From Acidobacteriota bacterium (lineage in GTDB: Bacteria; Acidobacteriota; UBA6911; RPQK01; JAJDTT01), in contig OZ242374.1 in the NCBI GenBank assembly GCA_965209055.1, positions 4,160,001-4,224,000 on the forward strand: a stretch of 64,000 nt of DNA. Reading direction: 5' to 3'. This document shows, one piece after another, positions 1-9,586 of the stretch; position 1 is the first letter of the stretch, and each line of letters begins with the position of its first letter. Made by a program: the position numbers and the translations under genes. The notes beneath the pieces were generated by a model, which did not search any database, had not been told where the DNA came from, and saw only the letters and a program-made list of their open reading frames with translations.

Positions 1-1390
1 ACGGCGTCGTGAATTCGCCTCCCGAATAATCGGCCCGTACAGAGATGAACCCGTCCCGGCGCAAAACCAACCGGCTGATGGCGGCGTTCTCCCGATGGGG
101 AGCCAGATCCGCCTTTCGGATCAGGCGATTCCTCCGGTCGTCCCAACCCCAGGCGTGCAGCATGTCCTTGCCCGAGTAGTACAGGTACATCTCCCGGCCG
201 TTGAGCGCCGGCACGACGCCGTGGACCATGTAGCTGTCCCGCGTGTCGAACTCTCCATCCATTCCCAGCTCCACAAAAGGGCGCCGGTCGTAACGATGCC
301 AGGCGATCCCGTCCCGGCTGGCGGCAAAGCGGATGTCGTTGGTCCCGGTGTTGTGCGGGGTTTCCTCCCTGAACTCGTGCAGGAAACGGCCGTCGTAGTG
401 ATAGTAGAGCGAAGGGAAAGCGTAGTAGGCGTCCTGCGCCCAAGGGTATTTCACGACGATGCTGGTGTAGAAATCGGCCACCGGGACCCGGGTCCTGGAG
501 ACGGGGTCGAAGTGGTGCAGATCCAGCCGGTCGGGGGACAGCGAGAGGGCCGAATCCTCGATGTCGGGAAACCGGTCGAGTCGGCGGGATTCGCTGCGGG
601 CGTTGGTCCGGTGTTGGCCGGTCCCCGGAGCGTTCCGCCTCACATAGGCGACGTATTTTCGGATTCGATCGTCCCAGAAGATGATGTTGTAGGTGTCCAG
701 GTGGTGTCTGCGGTCATCCCGGTAGGTCAGGACCCGCTCGTAGGTCGGCCGAAAACGGATCCCATCGGGGGCCGAGTAGACGTTGAGCTGGTTGCGTCCG
801 TCGCCCCGTAGCCGCACGACCAGGCGGAACCGTTCTTCGGGCGGAGCGTTGGGGTCCAGGAAGACCATCCCATACGCCTGCTTCTCGATTCCGGCGGCGC
901 CATGGCCGGCCACGATGTTGTTCTTCCGGCTGCCTTCGAACTCCACCAGCCCCAGGTTCGGCTTCTCCCAGGTGATCCCGTCGCGTGAGCGCGCGTAGCA
1001 CATGTAGCGACGCCAATCGCTTTGGTCCCTCTCCACCTTCAGGGTGTGGCCCCCCGCCTCGTCGCGGTCGAAATTGGCCAGGGACTCGTACCACATGTGG
1101 TAGGTCCCGCCCACTTTCAGCACCGTCCCGTACAGGCCCACTCTCCGGCTCTCCCACGGGTGTTCCTGGGGGATGGTCAGCTCGCCCGTCTTGCGAGGAG
1201 GATGAACCTGCAACCGGACTCCCTGGGAGGTTGCCAGGAACCGATGGTCGATGAAGACCTGGCGGCGGTCGCCGATGTCGAGCGGGGATGCGGACTCTCC
1301 CCAAGCCGGCGGCGTCATGAGCAGGAGCAGCGTCAGGCAGGCGAGCGGGTGTCGCGAACCGGATGTCAGGAGACGCTCGAAACTTGTCAT
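1..1390 (-). CDS. Secreted glycoside-hydrolase-like (GH32/43-type five-bladed beta-propeller) protein, partial; runs off the window start
   Basis: Manual translation from ATG at 1390: signal-like N-terminus, then DIGDRRQVFIDHRF, CYARSRDGITWEKPNLGLVEFEGSRKNN and ISRLVLRRDGFISVRADYSGGEFTTP. These blocks recur in the paralogues at 12771, 26821 and 55703. No stop codon before position 1. Confidence 0.75.
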   Translation of the reverse strand, partial: MTSFERLLTSGSRHPLACLTLLLLMTPPAWGESASPLDIGDRRQVFIDHRFLATSQGVRLQVHPPRKTGELTIPQEHPWESRRVGLYGTVLKVGGTYHMWYESLANFDRDEAGGHTLKVERDQSDWRRYMCYARSRDGITWEKPNLGLVEFEGSRKNNIVAGHGAAGIEKQAYGMVFLDPNAPPEERFRLVVRLRGDGRNQLNVYSAPDGIRFRPTYERVLTYRDDRRHHLDTYNIIFWDDRIRKYVAYVRRNAPGTGQHRTNARSESRRLDRFPDIEDSALSLSPDRLDLHHFDPVSRTRVPVADFYTSIVVKYPWAQDAYYAFPSLYYHYDGRFLHEFREETPHNTGTNDIRFAASRDGIAWHRYDRRPFVELGMDGEFDTRDSYMVHGVVPALNGREMYLYYSGKDMLHAWGWDDRRNRLIRKADLAPHRENAAISRLVLRRDGFISVRADYSGGEFTTP

Positions 1391-1417
1391 CGGGGTCCTT
1401 TCCGCCGGCCTCGCGGA

Positions 1418-2377
1418 TCAATTCAACGACGTGGCGCTCAGGATGCGCCATCGGCCATTCGCGTCACAGGCCTCGTAGAAGAGCCGGAAACGCCCGTCGT
1501 CCAAGTCGATGACGCACGGCTCGGAGGCGTGGGTCTGGTCCAAGGGTCCGCCGATGTCGAGACAGGGCTCGGGATTCTTCTTCCAGTGCAGTCCGTCGCG
1601 TGAGACCGCCGCAAAAATCCGTCCGTGCATGGGATCGTGGGTCCAGGCTGCGAAGTACATTCGATAGGTGCCGTCGGCCAGACGGATCACTTCCGGGGCA
1701 TACACGGCATAGTCCTCGTAACGGGTCTCCTGGGGAATGCGCACTCCCGGTTCCAGTTCGAAGTGGAGCCCATCTTTCGAGGCGGCGCTCACGATATGGT
1801 TTTGCGACGTCAGGCCCGGCTTCAGAGGATGAGAGTAATGGTGGCAGTAGATCCGGTACCGGAGTCCGCCGTTCGGGCCCCGGAAATAGAGGCACCGGGG
1901 CGATCCGTAGGACCACCGGCCGTCGGCGACTCGAATCCCGGGCTCCGGCTCCCAGTCGAGCCCGTTTTCCGAGACGGCGCTCAGCACGCTGGTGGGAGCC
2001 GACGCCGTCCTGGCTTCATAGTACATGCGATACCGTCCGTCGGGCAGCGGGATGACGTCCGGACAGAGCACCCTGCGGTCCGCATGAGGCGAGTGGACAT
2101 CCAATCGAATCCCCGGATCCTTGACCCACACCACGGCGTCCTCGGACCTGGCGCTCAGAACGTACCCTTCCGACTCGACTGCGGGACGGCCGAGGCCAAG
2201 TCCCGTGTAGTACATGCGGTAGGTCCCATCCGGAAGACGAATCACATTGGGGGTGAGGATCTTGGTGGAATCCAGGGGCGTGTCCTGATCCACGGCGATG
2301 TGCGCATCCTTGACCCAGTTGCGCCCCGGATCACGCTCCGCAAAATGCACTGAACGAATGATCTCGGATATCTGCAC
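1418..2377 (-). CDS. Five-bladed beta-propeller glycosidase-like protein (GH43/GH130-like)
   Basis: Repeated P.VI.LPDG.YRMYY and S.DGL.W..EPG.R blades. GTG start at 2377 chosen for a nearby AGAGG; the ORF is open to 2473. Confidence 0.7.
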   Translation of the reverse strand: MQISEIIRSVHFAERDPGRNWVKDAHIAVDQDTPLDSTKILTPNVIRLPDGTYRMYYTGLGLGRPAVESEGYVLSARSEDAVVWVKDPGIRLDVHSPHADRRVLCPDVIPLPDGRYRMYYEARTASAPTSVLSAVSENGLDWEPEPGIRVADGRWSYGSPRCLYFRGPNGGLRYRIYCHHYSHPLKPGLTSQNHIVSAASKDGLHFELEPGVRIPQETRYEDYAVYAPEVIRLADGTYRMYFAAWTHDPMHGRIFAAVSRDGLHWKKNPEPCLDIGGPLDQTHASEPCVIDLDDGRFRLFYEACDANGRWRILSATSLN

Positions 2378-2504
2378 CGTGCGTGCCTCTGGACAAGCCG
2401 TATGTGATGGTGCGTGGCACCGATCGCCACGAACGGTCTCCGGGAGGCTACTGAAGCGGGAGCCGTTCTTCAAGGCTGCCGTGAGGAGCCGTGCCCAGTC
2501 GGGG

Positions 2505-3788
2505 CTACCGTCTGGCGCGGCGCCAGAGCCAGAGACGCCACAAGGCGCCGGGAACCAGCGTCAGGACGCACATCCCCGCCAGGATTTCCGACACCTTCAG
2601 AGACGAGTCCAGAGCAAATCCTATCGCCGTCACGCCGAACGTGGACAGCAGGGTGAAGATGGCGTACTCGGTGGCGAAGACTCGTCCCCGCACTTGTCCC
2701 GGCACCGATTGGAGCAGGAGCTGAGTGGAAAAGACCCAGATGATTCCGCCGCCGATCCCCGCCCACAAGCTTCCCAGAAGCACGGTTTCCAGGTTGATGA
2801 GAAGAGACGAGATCCCCAAACCCAGAGCGCACAGGAAATATCCAACGACCAGGGCCAGGCGGAGCCGGTCGGGCCGGTCCCCGGTCCACAGGCGGGCGGC
2901 AATGGGACCGATGCCCGTCCCCAATCCGGCAGCGGAGAAGAGCAGGCCGAGGCTGATTCCTCCGGCTTCCCCCACGGGAAAAAGATTGCGGCCGACGACC
3001 ACCTTGACGACCTGGTACCCCTGGGAGAAGACCAGAGCGGTCACTCCCTTGTGGAGGGCCGTCACCAGAATGTCCCGGTTGTTCCCGAGGTAGCCGAGAC
3101 CCTCGAGATATTGGACCACGGCCGTCTCGAACAGGCCCCGGCCGGACGCGGCGGAGGTCTCGGGTGTCTTCCGGTACCGAACCCCCAAGAGGATGACGGC
3201 CGATACCACGAAGCTGAGGGCATCGATGATGAAGGCCGGATAGATCCCCCAGGTTCCGGCGGCGAATCCTCCCAGCGCCGCCCCGAACGCCAGCATCACC
3301 GACCAGGTGGTGGCGTTGATGGCGTTCGCCGTTCCCAGTTCCCGCGGAGAGACGATGTCGGGGAGAATGGCGTTGCGGGCCGGGAAGAAGAAACCTCCCA
3401 GGGCCAACTGGACGGCCGTGAGTGTATACAGCAGCCAGACGTCCTGCGGGTCACGGACCAGCAGGAAGCCGCAGACGGTGACGGCCCGAAACAGGTCGCT
3501 GAGGATGAGAATGTACTTGCGATTGCAGCGGTCGGCGATGACGCCCGCCAGCGGGCTGATGAGAAACGGGGCGAGCATTCGAACCGCAAACAGGCCCCCG
3601 ATAGCGAATCCGGACCCGGTGAGCTGGGCCAGGAGGGCGGCGGAGGCGATCAGGTTGAACCAGTCGCCCAGCAGGCTCGCGATCTGCCCGAACCAGAGAT
3701 ACCGGAAATTGGCGTTGCCCCGAACCAGCTCCCAATAACCCGTCGGCGCTTCTTCCGGACCAGCCCCGGTATTCACTCGCTCCGGCAT
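2505..3788 (-). CDS. MFS transporter (DHA3/macrolide-efflux-like)
   Basis: NFRYLWFGQIASLLGDW, GVIADRCNRK (motif A), FFPARNAILPDIV, about 12 hydrophobic segments. Confidence 0.85.
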   Translation of the reverse strand: MPERVNTGAGPEEAPTGYWELVRGNANFRYLWFGQIASLLGDWFNLIASAALLAQLTGSGFAIGGLFAVRMLAPFLISPLAGVIADRCNRKYILILSDLFRAVTVCGFLLVRDPQDVWLLYTLTAVQLALGGFFFPARNAILPDIVSPRELGTANAINATTWSVMLAFGAALGGFAAGTWGIYPAFIIDALSFVVSAVILLGVRYRKTPETSAASGRGLFETAVVQYLEGLGYLGNNRDILVTALHKGVTALVFSQGYQVVKVVVGRNLFPVGEAGGISLGLLFSAAGLGTGIGPIAARLWTGDRPDRLRLALVVGYFLCALGLGISSLLINLETVLLGSLWAGIGGGIIWVFSTQLLLQSVPGQVRGRVFATEYAIFTLLSTFGVTAIGFALDSSLKVSEILAGMCVLTLVPGALWRLWLWRRARR

Positions 3789-4999
3789 GGCTCGCACCCG
3801 AACAACTCTCGACGGCCTCGTTCCAGATCCGCTCGAATGGACTCGATTTCCTGGTTCTGAGACCGGCTCTGCGTCCAACCCGCTTCCCGCATCTTGTCGA
3901 GAATCTGCTCGGCGGCGAGGGCGTGCCCGTTCTGATTGAAATGGCTGTCGGTGAGAAAGAATTCCTTGATCGGAGTCGAGCTGGCTTCGAAGCTCCGTCG
4001 GATCGAGATCACGGTGGCCCCAAGATCGCTCAGGACGCCTTCGACCCGGTTCGTTCCATACCGGGGATCCATTCCTTCCGGTTTCCCCTGCTTGTACAGA
4101 ACCCAAAGTTCCGAAAGCGTCCATTTGTAGGGAATGACCAGGGCGATCAGCGGAATCCGGTGTTTGTCGAGCAGACTCTTTACGCGTTTCAGAGCCGATC
4201 CCGTGTCATCCCACGCTCGACGCAACGGTGGCGGTTGGTGGTCCTCGGGGAGAAGGGAAGCGAGCGCTCCGGTGACGGAGAGTCCGGCTTGCCGTGCGTG
4301 CTTCAGGAAATACCGCTGAGTCGATTTGCCGTCGCCCGCTCTGATCCCTTGATACCAGAACGAGGCCCGCACCGCAGGTTCCTCCGCCAGGCCGAAGATC
4401 CGGAAACGGCGGCGCATCCCGGCTCTGACCGGATCCAGGAACACAGGTTCCAGGTCCGGAACGGCCGGGTTCAGATAGGGGCGGAACAGGTCCTGCATGC
4501 TGCAGGTATGGGCGAGTTCAACGCTGTTGTTGCAGAGGTCGTTGAAGGGGAATACCTGGAGCACCACCACGTCCGGATTCAGGTCCAACCCCAGAGTCTC
4601 CAATGCGATCAACTGCTGGTTGGTTCCCCAGTCTCCGACGGCCAGGTTGATGACTTCCCAGGACTCGCCGTTCTGGTTGAGCTGGTCCGCGAGCAGTCCC
4701 GGGTACGTTTTTGCGTAATCCACGTTCATCCCCGCGGAGAAGGAATCGCCCAGGTTCAACAGCCGCCGGGTCCCCTCCGGCTTGGTCCGGCTCACCTCAG
4801 GCGAACGGAAACCGCGGGAGTTGAGCCCGGGGACCCGGCGGTGAACCGGATCCAACGTCCAGCCCAGATCGGGATCGTAGCGATACCAGGGGCTGGTGTT
4901 GGGATCGTAGTCGGAGAGCCGCAGCCCCACCTCGACGATGGTCAAGACCACCAGTGTGGACGACAGACCCAGCAGGAGCTTGATCGTTGCGCTCTTCAT
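3773..4999 (-). CDS. SGNH/GDSL hydrolase family protein with N-terminal membrane anchor
   Basis: NSRGFR, LGDSF (block I), FPFND (block III), DSHFNQNGH (block V). Confidence 0.85.
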   Translation of the reverse strand: MKSATIKLLLGLSSTLVVLTIVEVGLRLSDYDPNTSPWYRYDPDLGWTLDPVHRRVPGLNSRGFRSPEVSRTKPEGTRRLLNLGDSFSAGMNVDYAKTYPGLLADQLNQNGESWEVINLAVGDWGTNQQLIALETLGLDLNPDVVVLQVFPFNDLCNNSVELAHTCSMQDLFRPYLNPAVPDLEPVFLDPVRAGMRRRFRIFGLAEEPAVRASFWYQGIRAGDGKSTQRYFLKHARQAGLSVTGALASLLPEDHQPPPLRRAWDDTGSALKRVKSLLDKHRIPLIALVIPYKWTLSELWVLYKQGKPEGMDPRYGTNRVEGVLSDLGATVISIRRSFEASSTPIKEFFLTDSHFNQNGHALAAEQILDKMREAGWTQSRSQNQEIESIRADLERGRRELFGCEPCRSE

Positions 5000-5030
5000 T
5001 GGAACAGGTATCCCGAGCCGATCCCCCGGA

Positions 5031-7955
5031 TCAGGGTTCGCACTCCAGGACCACCTCGGTGAGGATCGGTGAATTGCCGCCGTCGGGGGAGACCAGCACG
5101 ACCCTGTACTGGAGCCAGGAATGGCCTTCCGGGATCTGCTTCAGGGGATCTCCTGACGTGGAATAGAAAGAGCCGGAGCCCTCGGGGCCTCTCCACGGGG
5201 CCGTTTCCAGACCGTCTTGCCCGGCAGCAGTGCGCACCTGGAACTTGAGTCCTGTACCCAGTGGCGTCTCTCCCGACCAGAGCAGGCGCTTGAAACCGGT
5301 TCCCGCAGGCGCCTCGACCGGGACGGAAATGAAGTCCCACTCCGGTTCCCGGGTGTAGACGTTCCCGGCATCGACCATGGCGTCCAGATGGACTCCCACG
5401 GTCGGCAGATGGGTTCGACGGGAATCGTCGAAGCCCGCCTTCGAGCCCCAGTAGATGTTCGTCCCTGCCGCATGGTCGAAGAAGGTCTGATGGTTGGAGA
5501 CCACCAGGTCCATCCAGCCGTCCCGGTCCAGATCCAGAGCATCCACCGCCGCTGAAGAAGCGGCCTTCACCAGCGTCCGCCGGGACTTGGAGTAGTTTCG
5601 GCTCCCGTCTCCCCAATAGACGAAGGCGGGAATCTCCCGCGTGGTGACCGACTTGTAGTTGGTCATCGCGATATCCAGATGGCCGTCCTCGTTGAAATCG
5701 GCGATGGAGGCGTCCAGGCTCGTGAATCCTTCCAGCGGAGTGGGAGGGGCCGCCGTTAGTCCGTCGGGACTCCCCCAGTAGATGAGCGCCGGTCCGTCCA
5801 TGTCCCGGTATCGGGGACTGGCGCTGCTGGTGAAGAGCAGGTCGAGCCAGCCGTCCCGGTCCAGGTCGGCCGGCACGGCATGGGGGGCGCCGTAGGCCTC
5901 CAAAAGGAGATGGTTCTCTTGCCGGTAACCGTCGGGGCTTCCCCAGAAGATCTGCGACTCGTCACCGTAGCTCATGGGAAAGACCAGGTCCAGGTGGCCG
6001 TCCCGGTCCAGATCGGCGATGGCGTTGGCTTCCAGCAACTTGTCGTGAAGATCCCACTGGGTCGTGCGAGGCGATTCGAACCGTCCGGCGCCGCCCCAGA
6101 CGATGGTGGCCACTGCGGCATCCTTGCGGCCGGAAACGCCGGAGCCGGCAAAGAGGAGGTCCAGGTAACCGTCCCGGTTCAAATCCGCAATGTTGTTGCT
6201 GATGGGCCGTGGGACATTCAGCCGGGTGCGCCGGTCGGCGCTGTACCCTTTCGTCCCGCCCCACCAGATGGCCGGTCCCTCACGATGAGCCATAAGCAGG
6301 TCGGGAAAGTCGTCGTCGTCCAGATCGGCGATGCTGTACTCCATCGTGCCTCCCGGCTCCAACAACGTCAGGGAGGAATCACCGTATTGGCGTTGGGATT
6401 CGCCCCAGAAGATGGCCGTGGGGAGGATATCGGTGTTGCTGCTCAAATGATTGATCAGGAGGATGTCCGGCCAACCGTTCCCGTCCAGGTCGGCGACCCC
6501 CGAACCGTCAACGCCGAATCCCAGGAGCTGGGTGCGCCGGTGCCGGGAAAACCCATGATCGCTTCCCCAGTAGATGTAGGAGGGCGCGTCGACGGTGGCT
6601 TGGCCCCGGCTGTTGCCGAACAGAAGGTCGAGACGACCGTCAAGATTCAGATCGGACGCTTGAACCGTCGTCGCAGACAAAGTGGGGAGGGACGTGCGTT
6701 TTGCGGGGCTGAATCCATTTTCCGTACCCCAGAAAATCTCCGATGCCGGCGGCGATCCCCTGCGGCCTCCCTTGTTGGCAAAAACGAGATCAACCCTGCC
6801 GTCATCATCGAGATCCGCGGCGGCCAGTCCCTGGCACGAATCCGCCGGGAGTTGAATCGAGTTTTGGCGATCGAGTCCCCCGGAAGATCCGAAAAACACG
6901 ACGCCGTTGGAACTGCCGGCGGCGACCAGGTCATGGATCCCGTCTCCGTTGAGATCCGTGGCCAGCAGCGTGCTCATGCCGTCGTGCATCCGCTTTCCCG
7001 GTTTCACGCCTGCATCGAGATGGAGGTCCTTGGCATCGAGAATCTGACGCCGCTCGGGTCCGAATCCTCCCTTGCCGTCTCCCCAATAGACGTAACAGCT
7101 CTGGACTTGGCTGTTGTGGTTGGCGAAGGCCAGGTCCAGGGAGCCGTCGCCGTTGAAGTCTCCTATGGCCGCGTCCTGTGCCGTGACACTGGGAACCGAA
7201 CTCCGGCGTTGGGGATGAAAGCCGGTGACGCTTCCCCAGTAGATGTAGGACTCCAGGTGCAACCGAAGCCCCAGGGATTCGCCCAGCTCATCCCCCCGGT
7301 TGGCCACGACCAGGTCGGGGAAGCCGTCTCCGTTCAGGTCATCTGCCGCGACTCCGCCAGCCCGATAGGCGGGAAGCTGCGTGTGGTTCCCGAGACCGTA
7401 ACCCGAAGGTCCCCCCCAATAGATGAAGACATCCTGATCCGGCCGGTAGTTGTGCATGAAATTGGCGATGACGATGTCGGGGAACCCGTCCAGATTCAGG
7501 TCCGAGATCAACCCGCGGCCGCCACCTTGGGTCGGCAGCCGGGTGATGCGGGAGGCAGCGTCGTCCAGGTACTTCAAGATGGAGAACGGGGCACGGAGTT
7601 CCCACAAGTCGGGCATCAGCGACCGGAACCCTTCGGGACCTCCCCAGTAGATGATGGAGTCGGGGTTGTAGACGCTGTTGTGGTCCTGGGTGAAGACCAG
7701 ATCCAACTCTCCGTCCCGGTTCAGGTCAAGCCGGTTGATGGTCTGAAGCCTTCCTTTTCGGGAAACGTAGGTGTTGGCCCCGGCATCGCCCAAACGTCCC
7801 TGGCTCAGGCTGTCGAAGCCGCTGTGGCGGACCCGGTGGATTTCGGACTGGGAATGGAGGTTCGAGGAGACCGCTGCCGTCAGGGTCAGGGCAAGAAGGA
7901 ATCCCGACAATGATGAGAAGTCTTTTCGGAAGTGGTGCAGCGGCCGCAATCGCAT
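5031..7955 (-). CDS. Secreted FG-GAP/VCBS-repeat protein
   Basis: More than 12 DLN.DG..DL repeats alternating with S.IYWG; signal peptide; C-terminal beta-sandwich (FQVRTA...WLQYRVVL...SPILTEV). Confidence 0.85.
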   Translation of the reverse strand: MRLRPLHHFRKDFSSLSGFLLALTLTAAVSSNLHSQSEIHRVRHSGFDSLSQGRLGDAGANTYVSRKGRLQTINRLDLNRDGELDLVFTQDHNSVYNPDSIIYWGGPEGFRSLMPDLWELRAPFSILKYLDDAASRITRLPTQGGGRGLISDLNLDGFPDIVIANFMHNYRPDQDVFIYWGGPSGYGLGNHTQLPAYRAGGVAADDLNGDGFPDLVVANRGDELGESLGLRLHLESYIYWGSVTGFHPQRRSSVPSVTAQDAAIGDFNGDGSLDLAFANHNSQVQSCYVYWGDGKGGFGPERRQILDAKDLHLDAGVKPGKRMHDGMSTLLATDLNGDGIHDLVAAGSSNGVVFFGSSGGLDRQNSIQLPADSCQGLAAADLDDDGRVDLVFANKGGRRGSPPASEIFWGTENGFSPAKRTSLPTLSATTVQASDLNLDGRLDLLFGNSRGQATVDAPSYIYWGSDHGFSRHRRTQLLGFGVDGSGVADLDGNGWPDILLINHLSSNTDILPTAIFWGESQRQYGDSSLTLLEPGGTMEYSIADLDDDDFPDLLMAHREGPAIWWGGTKGYSADRRTRLNVPRPISNNIADLNRDGYLDLLFAGSGVSGRKDAAVATIVWGGAGRFESPRTTQWDLHDKLLEANAIADLDRDGHLDLVFPMSYGDESQIFWGSPDGYRQENHLLLEAYGAPHAVPADLDRDGWLDLLFTSSASPRYRDMDGPALIYWGSPDGLTAAPPTPLEGFTSLDASIADFNEDGHLDIAMTNYKSVTTREIPAFVYWGDGSRNYSKSRRTLVKAASSAAVDALDLDRDGWMDLVVSNHQTFFDHAAGTNIYWGSKAGFDDSRRTHLPTVGVHLDAMVDAGNVYTREPEWDFISVPVEAPAGTGFKRLLWSGETPLGTGLKFQVRTAAGQDGLETAPWRGPEGSGSFYSTSGDPLKQIPEGHSWLQYRVVLVSPDGGNSPILTEVVLECEP

Positions 7956-8087
7956 TGTCTCTTCCCTCCGTCGGGTTCCGTGATAGTTCCGCACTTGTTT
8001 AACAGATCACGGTGGGCGGGGGAATGAGAATTGCGAATTATCAGGAGCAACAGTTGGTGGGAGTGTTGCAGACGGCTGGAAGGATGT

Positions 8088-8113
8088 AGGGGCCGGTCGG
8101 ACAACCGGCCCCT
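8088..8113 (-). terminator. GC-rich hairpin downstream of Cys-peptide module B (putative terminator or stabiliser)
   Basis: aggggccggt-cggaca-accggcccct, a perfect 10-bp stem. Near-identical arms occur at 9240-9265. No clear U-tract. Confidence 0.5.
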
Positions 8114-8129
8114 TGGGATGGGATTCGAA

Positions 8130-8384
8130 TTACCTACACCAACTCATGCAGTTTCTGAAATCCCGGCTGCAAATTCTCCTGTTCAAGTAATAGGCAAAAT
8201 AACATTGCATTTCTTCCCCGAATCGTCGACACCTCCGATAGTCGTCATAAGCCTGCGACAGACACCGATCGTAACTGAGCCAGCAGTTCCTGTAACAGAT
8301 CGCTTGGCCCGAACGTCCGGGAACGGTTGCAATCGATACTTGTAGAACGAACAGAGTGATCATGAGTGTGGCAATGGCTTTCAT
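8130..8384 (-). CDS. Small secreted 8-Cys peptide (paralogue 3)
   Basis: AAGGAG RBS, signal peptide MKAIATLMITLFVLQVSIA, Cys spacing 3-6-10-8-10-6-3 identical to two neighbouring ORFs. Confidence 0.85.
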   Translation of the reverse strand: MKAIATLMITLFVLQVSIATVPGRSGQAICYRNCWLSYDRCLSQAYDDYRRCRRFGEEMQCYFAYYLNRRICSRDFRNCMSWCR

Positions 8385-8403
8385 TGATTCTCCTTACTTT
8401 TTG

Positions 8404-8875
8404 CTATTCCGATTGTTGCTCGCAGACCTTGGAGACAAACTCCGGTCCCACGTTTTCATCCAGAAGGGGTCGCTCGAATTTGGGCGTCCACGAGAGGGTG
8501 CTCCATGAATTTGTCCAGCCGCTCGTTCTCTCCGCGGATGAACGGCCAGGTCATCATCCACCGATACACCTGATGCGTTCGCTGCTTGGGCGATGTCGTT
8601 ACAGGTGTGGAGACGGGAGGTTGTTACCGAGGATTGGAAGCGGCGAACTTCCAAGGCGGCAGGCCACTCTCGGTTTCTGCTTGGACGTCGGCTTCGGCTT
8701 CCAAAACGTCTCCGTCCTCCCGGTCGCGTTTCAGACTCTCCAACTACTGCCCCGTTATGGGTTGTTGTGTTGGATCGCTCACGCGTGCCGGATCGGTGTT
8801 CTCCCAACACCACCAGAGAATCAGCAGCAGGGGAATGACGAGAATCATTCCCAGTTTCGAGTACTTTACTGTCAT
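8404..8875 (-). pseudogene. Degraded paralogue of the ankyrin protein at 9854-10708
   Basis: ATG at 8875 with the same AACGAAAGGAG RBS context and a TM segment ILVIPLLLILWWCW. In-frame stops at 8744-8746 and 8624-8626, frameshift near 8466. LEAEADVQ...PWKFA aligns to LDAGADAQ...PWKTA, and ERLDKFMEHPLVDAQIRATLL...PE...EQ aligns to ARLDRILEGYLYEAKIKRLLL...PE...EQ. Confidence 0.75.
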
Positions 8876-8952
8876 GGATCGGACCTCCTTTCGTTAGGAC
8901 GGAAGTCCTGCGCAGACATGCCTGAAGCCGGACGAGTATAATTTTGCAAGAT

Positions 8953-8980
8953 TGACTCCTCCTCCTACGCAGGACGAGTT
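8953..8980. promoter_or_regulatory. Conserved upstream dyad (putative operator), copy B
   Basis: tgactcctcctcctacgcaggacgagtt, 25/28 identical to 10811-10838; imperfect inverted repeat ACTCNTCCT-N7-AGGACGAGT. Confidence 0.55.
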
Positions 8981-9239
8981 GATTGAGAGCCTGTCGAATG
9001 TAGCCCCATTCGACAGGCTCGACTCGGAAGCGGTAGATCCTGGCACGACGAGTCGAGACCTGTGAACACTATTTTTAGTCTCATCCGCTTCCTGCCAGTT
9101 CGAACCGATGTCCCCGTTCAACCATTGGACTCCGCACGGCATTTTGGGTTCTCATAGGTCCCGCCTGTAGAGAACCAAGCCTCCGGCTTTCCTCGGGACG
9201 GGACTGCCCGGAAACCCCAATTGATGGGGGGAGTAGGGG

Positions 9240-9265
9240 AGGGGCCGATTTTTTCACCGGCCCCT
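9240..9265 (-). terminator. GC-rich hairpin downstream of Cys-peptide module A
   Basis: aggggccg-N10-cggcccct, same arms as 8088-8113. Confidence 0.5.
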
Positions 9266-9285
9266 TGTGGAATGTTCCGGGTCTC

Positions 9286-9564
9286 CTAGCCGCTGCCGCA
9301 GACTCGCATGCAGCGTTCAAACTCCAGGTTGCAAATGCGGATCTTGAACTGGAAGTGCTCGTAGCACTGCGCCTCCTCCGAATACCGTTCGCATCTTCTT
9401 AGAAAACCCTCGGCACGAAAGTGGCAGTTTTGTTGTTTATCGTCACAATCCCTTCGGCAGAAATATTCCCACGGGACTTCGATAACCCCGTCGGCCCTGA
9501 GTGCCATCTGCGGCGGCACCAGTACGGCGGCCAAAATCAAACATATCGAGAAAACTATTTTCAT
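9286..9564 (-). CDS. Small secreted 8-Cys peptide (paralogue 2)
   Basis: AAGGAG RBS at 9571-9576, signal peptide MKIVFSICLILAAVLVP, Cys spacing 3-6-10-8-10-6-3. Confidence 0.85.
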   Translation of the reverse strand: MKIVFSICLILAAVLVPPQMALRADGVIEVPWEYFCRRDCDDKQQNCHFRAEGFLRRCERYSEEAQCYEHFQFKIRICNLEFERCMRVCGSG

Positions 9565-9586
9565 TTTATGCTCCTTTACAATTGGG

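Noticed and set aside
5880-7913. Long antisense ORFs (for example 5880-7913, 2298-3860, 20605-22077, 23702-25192, 37796-39385, 52414-53694)
   Set aside because: These are shadow frames opposite well-supported genes, expected in high-GC DNA, and have no recognisable motifs.
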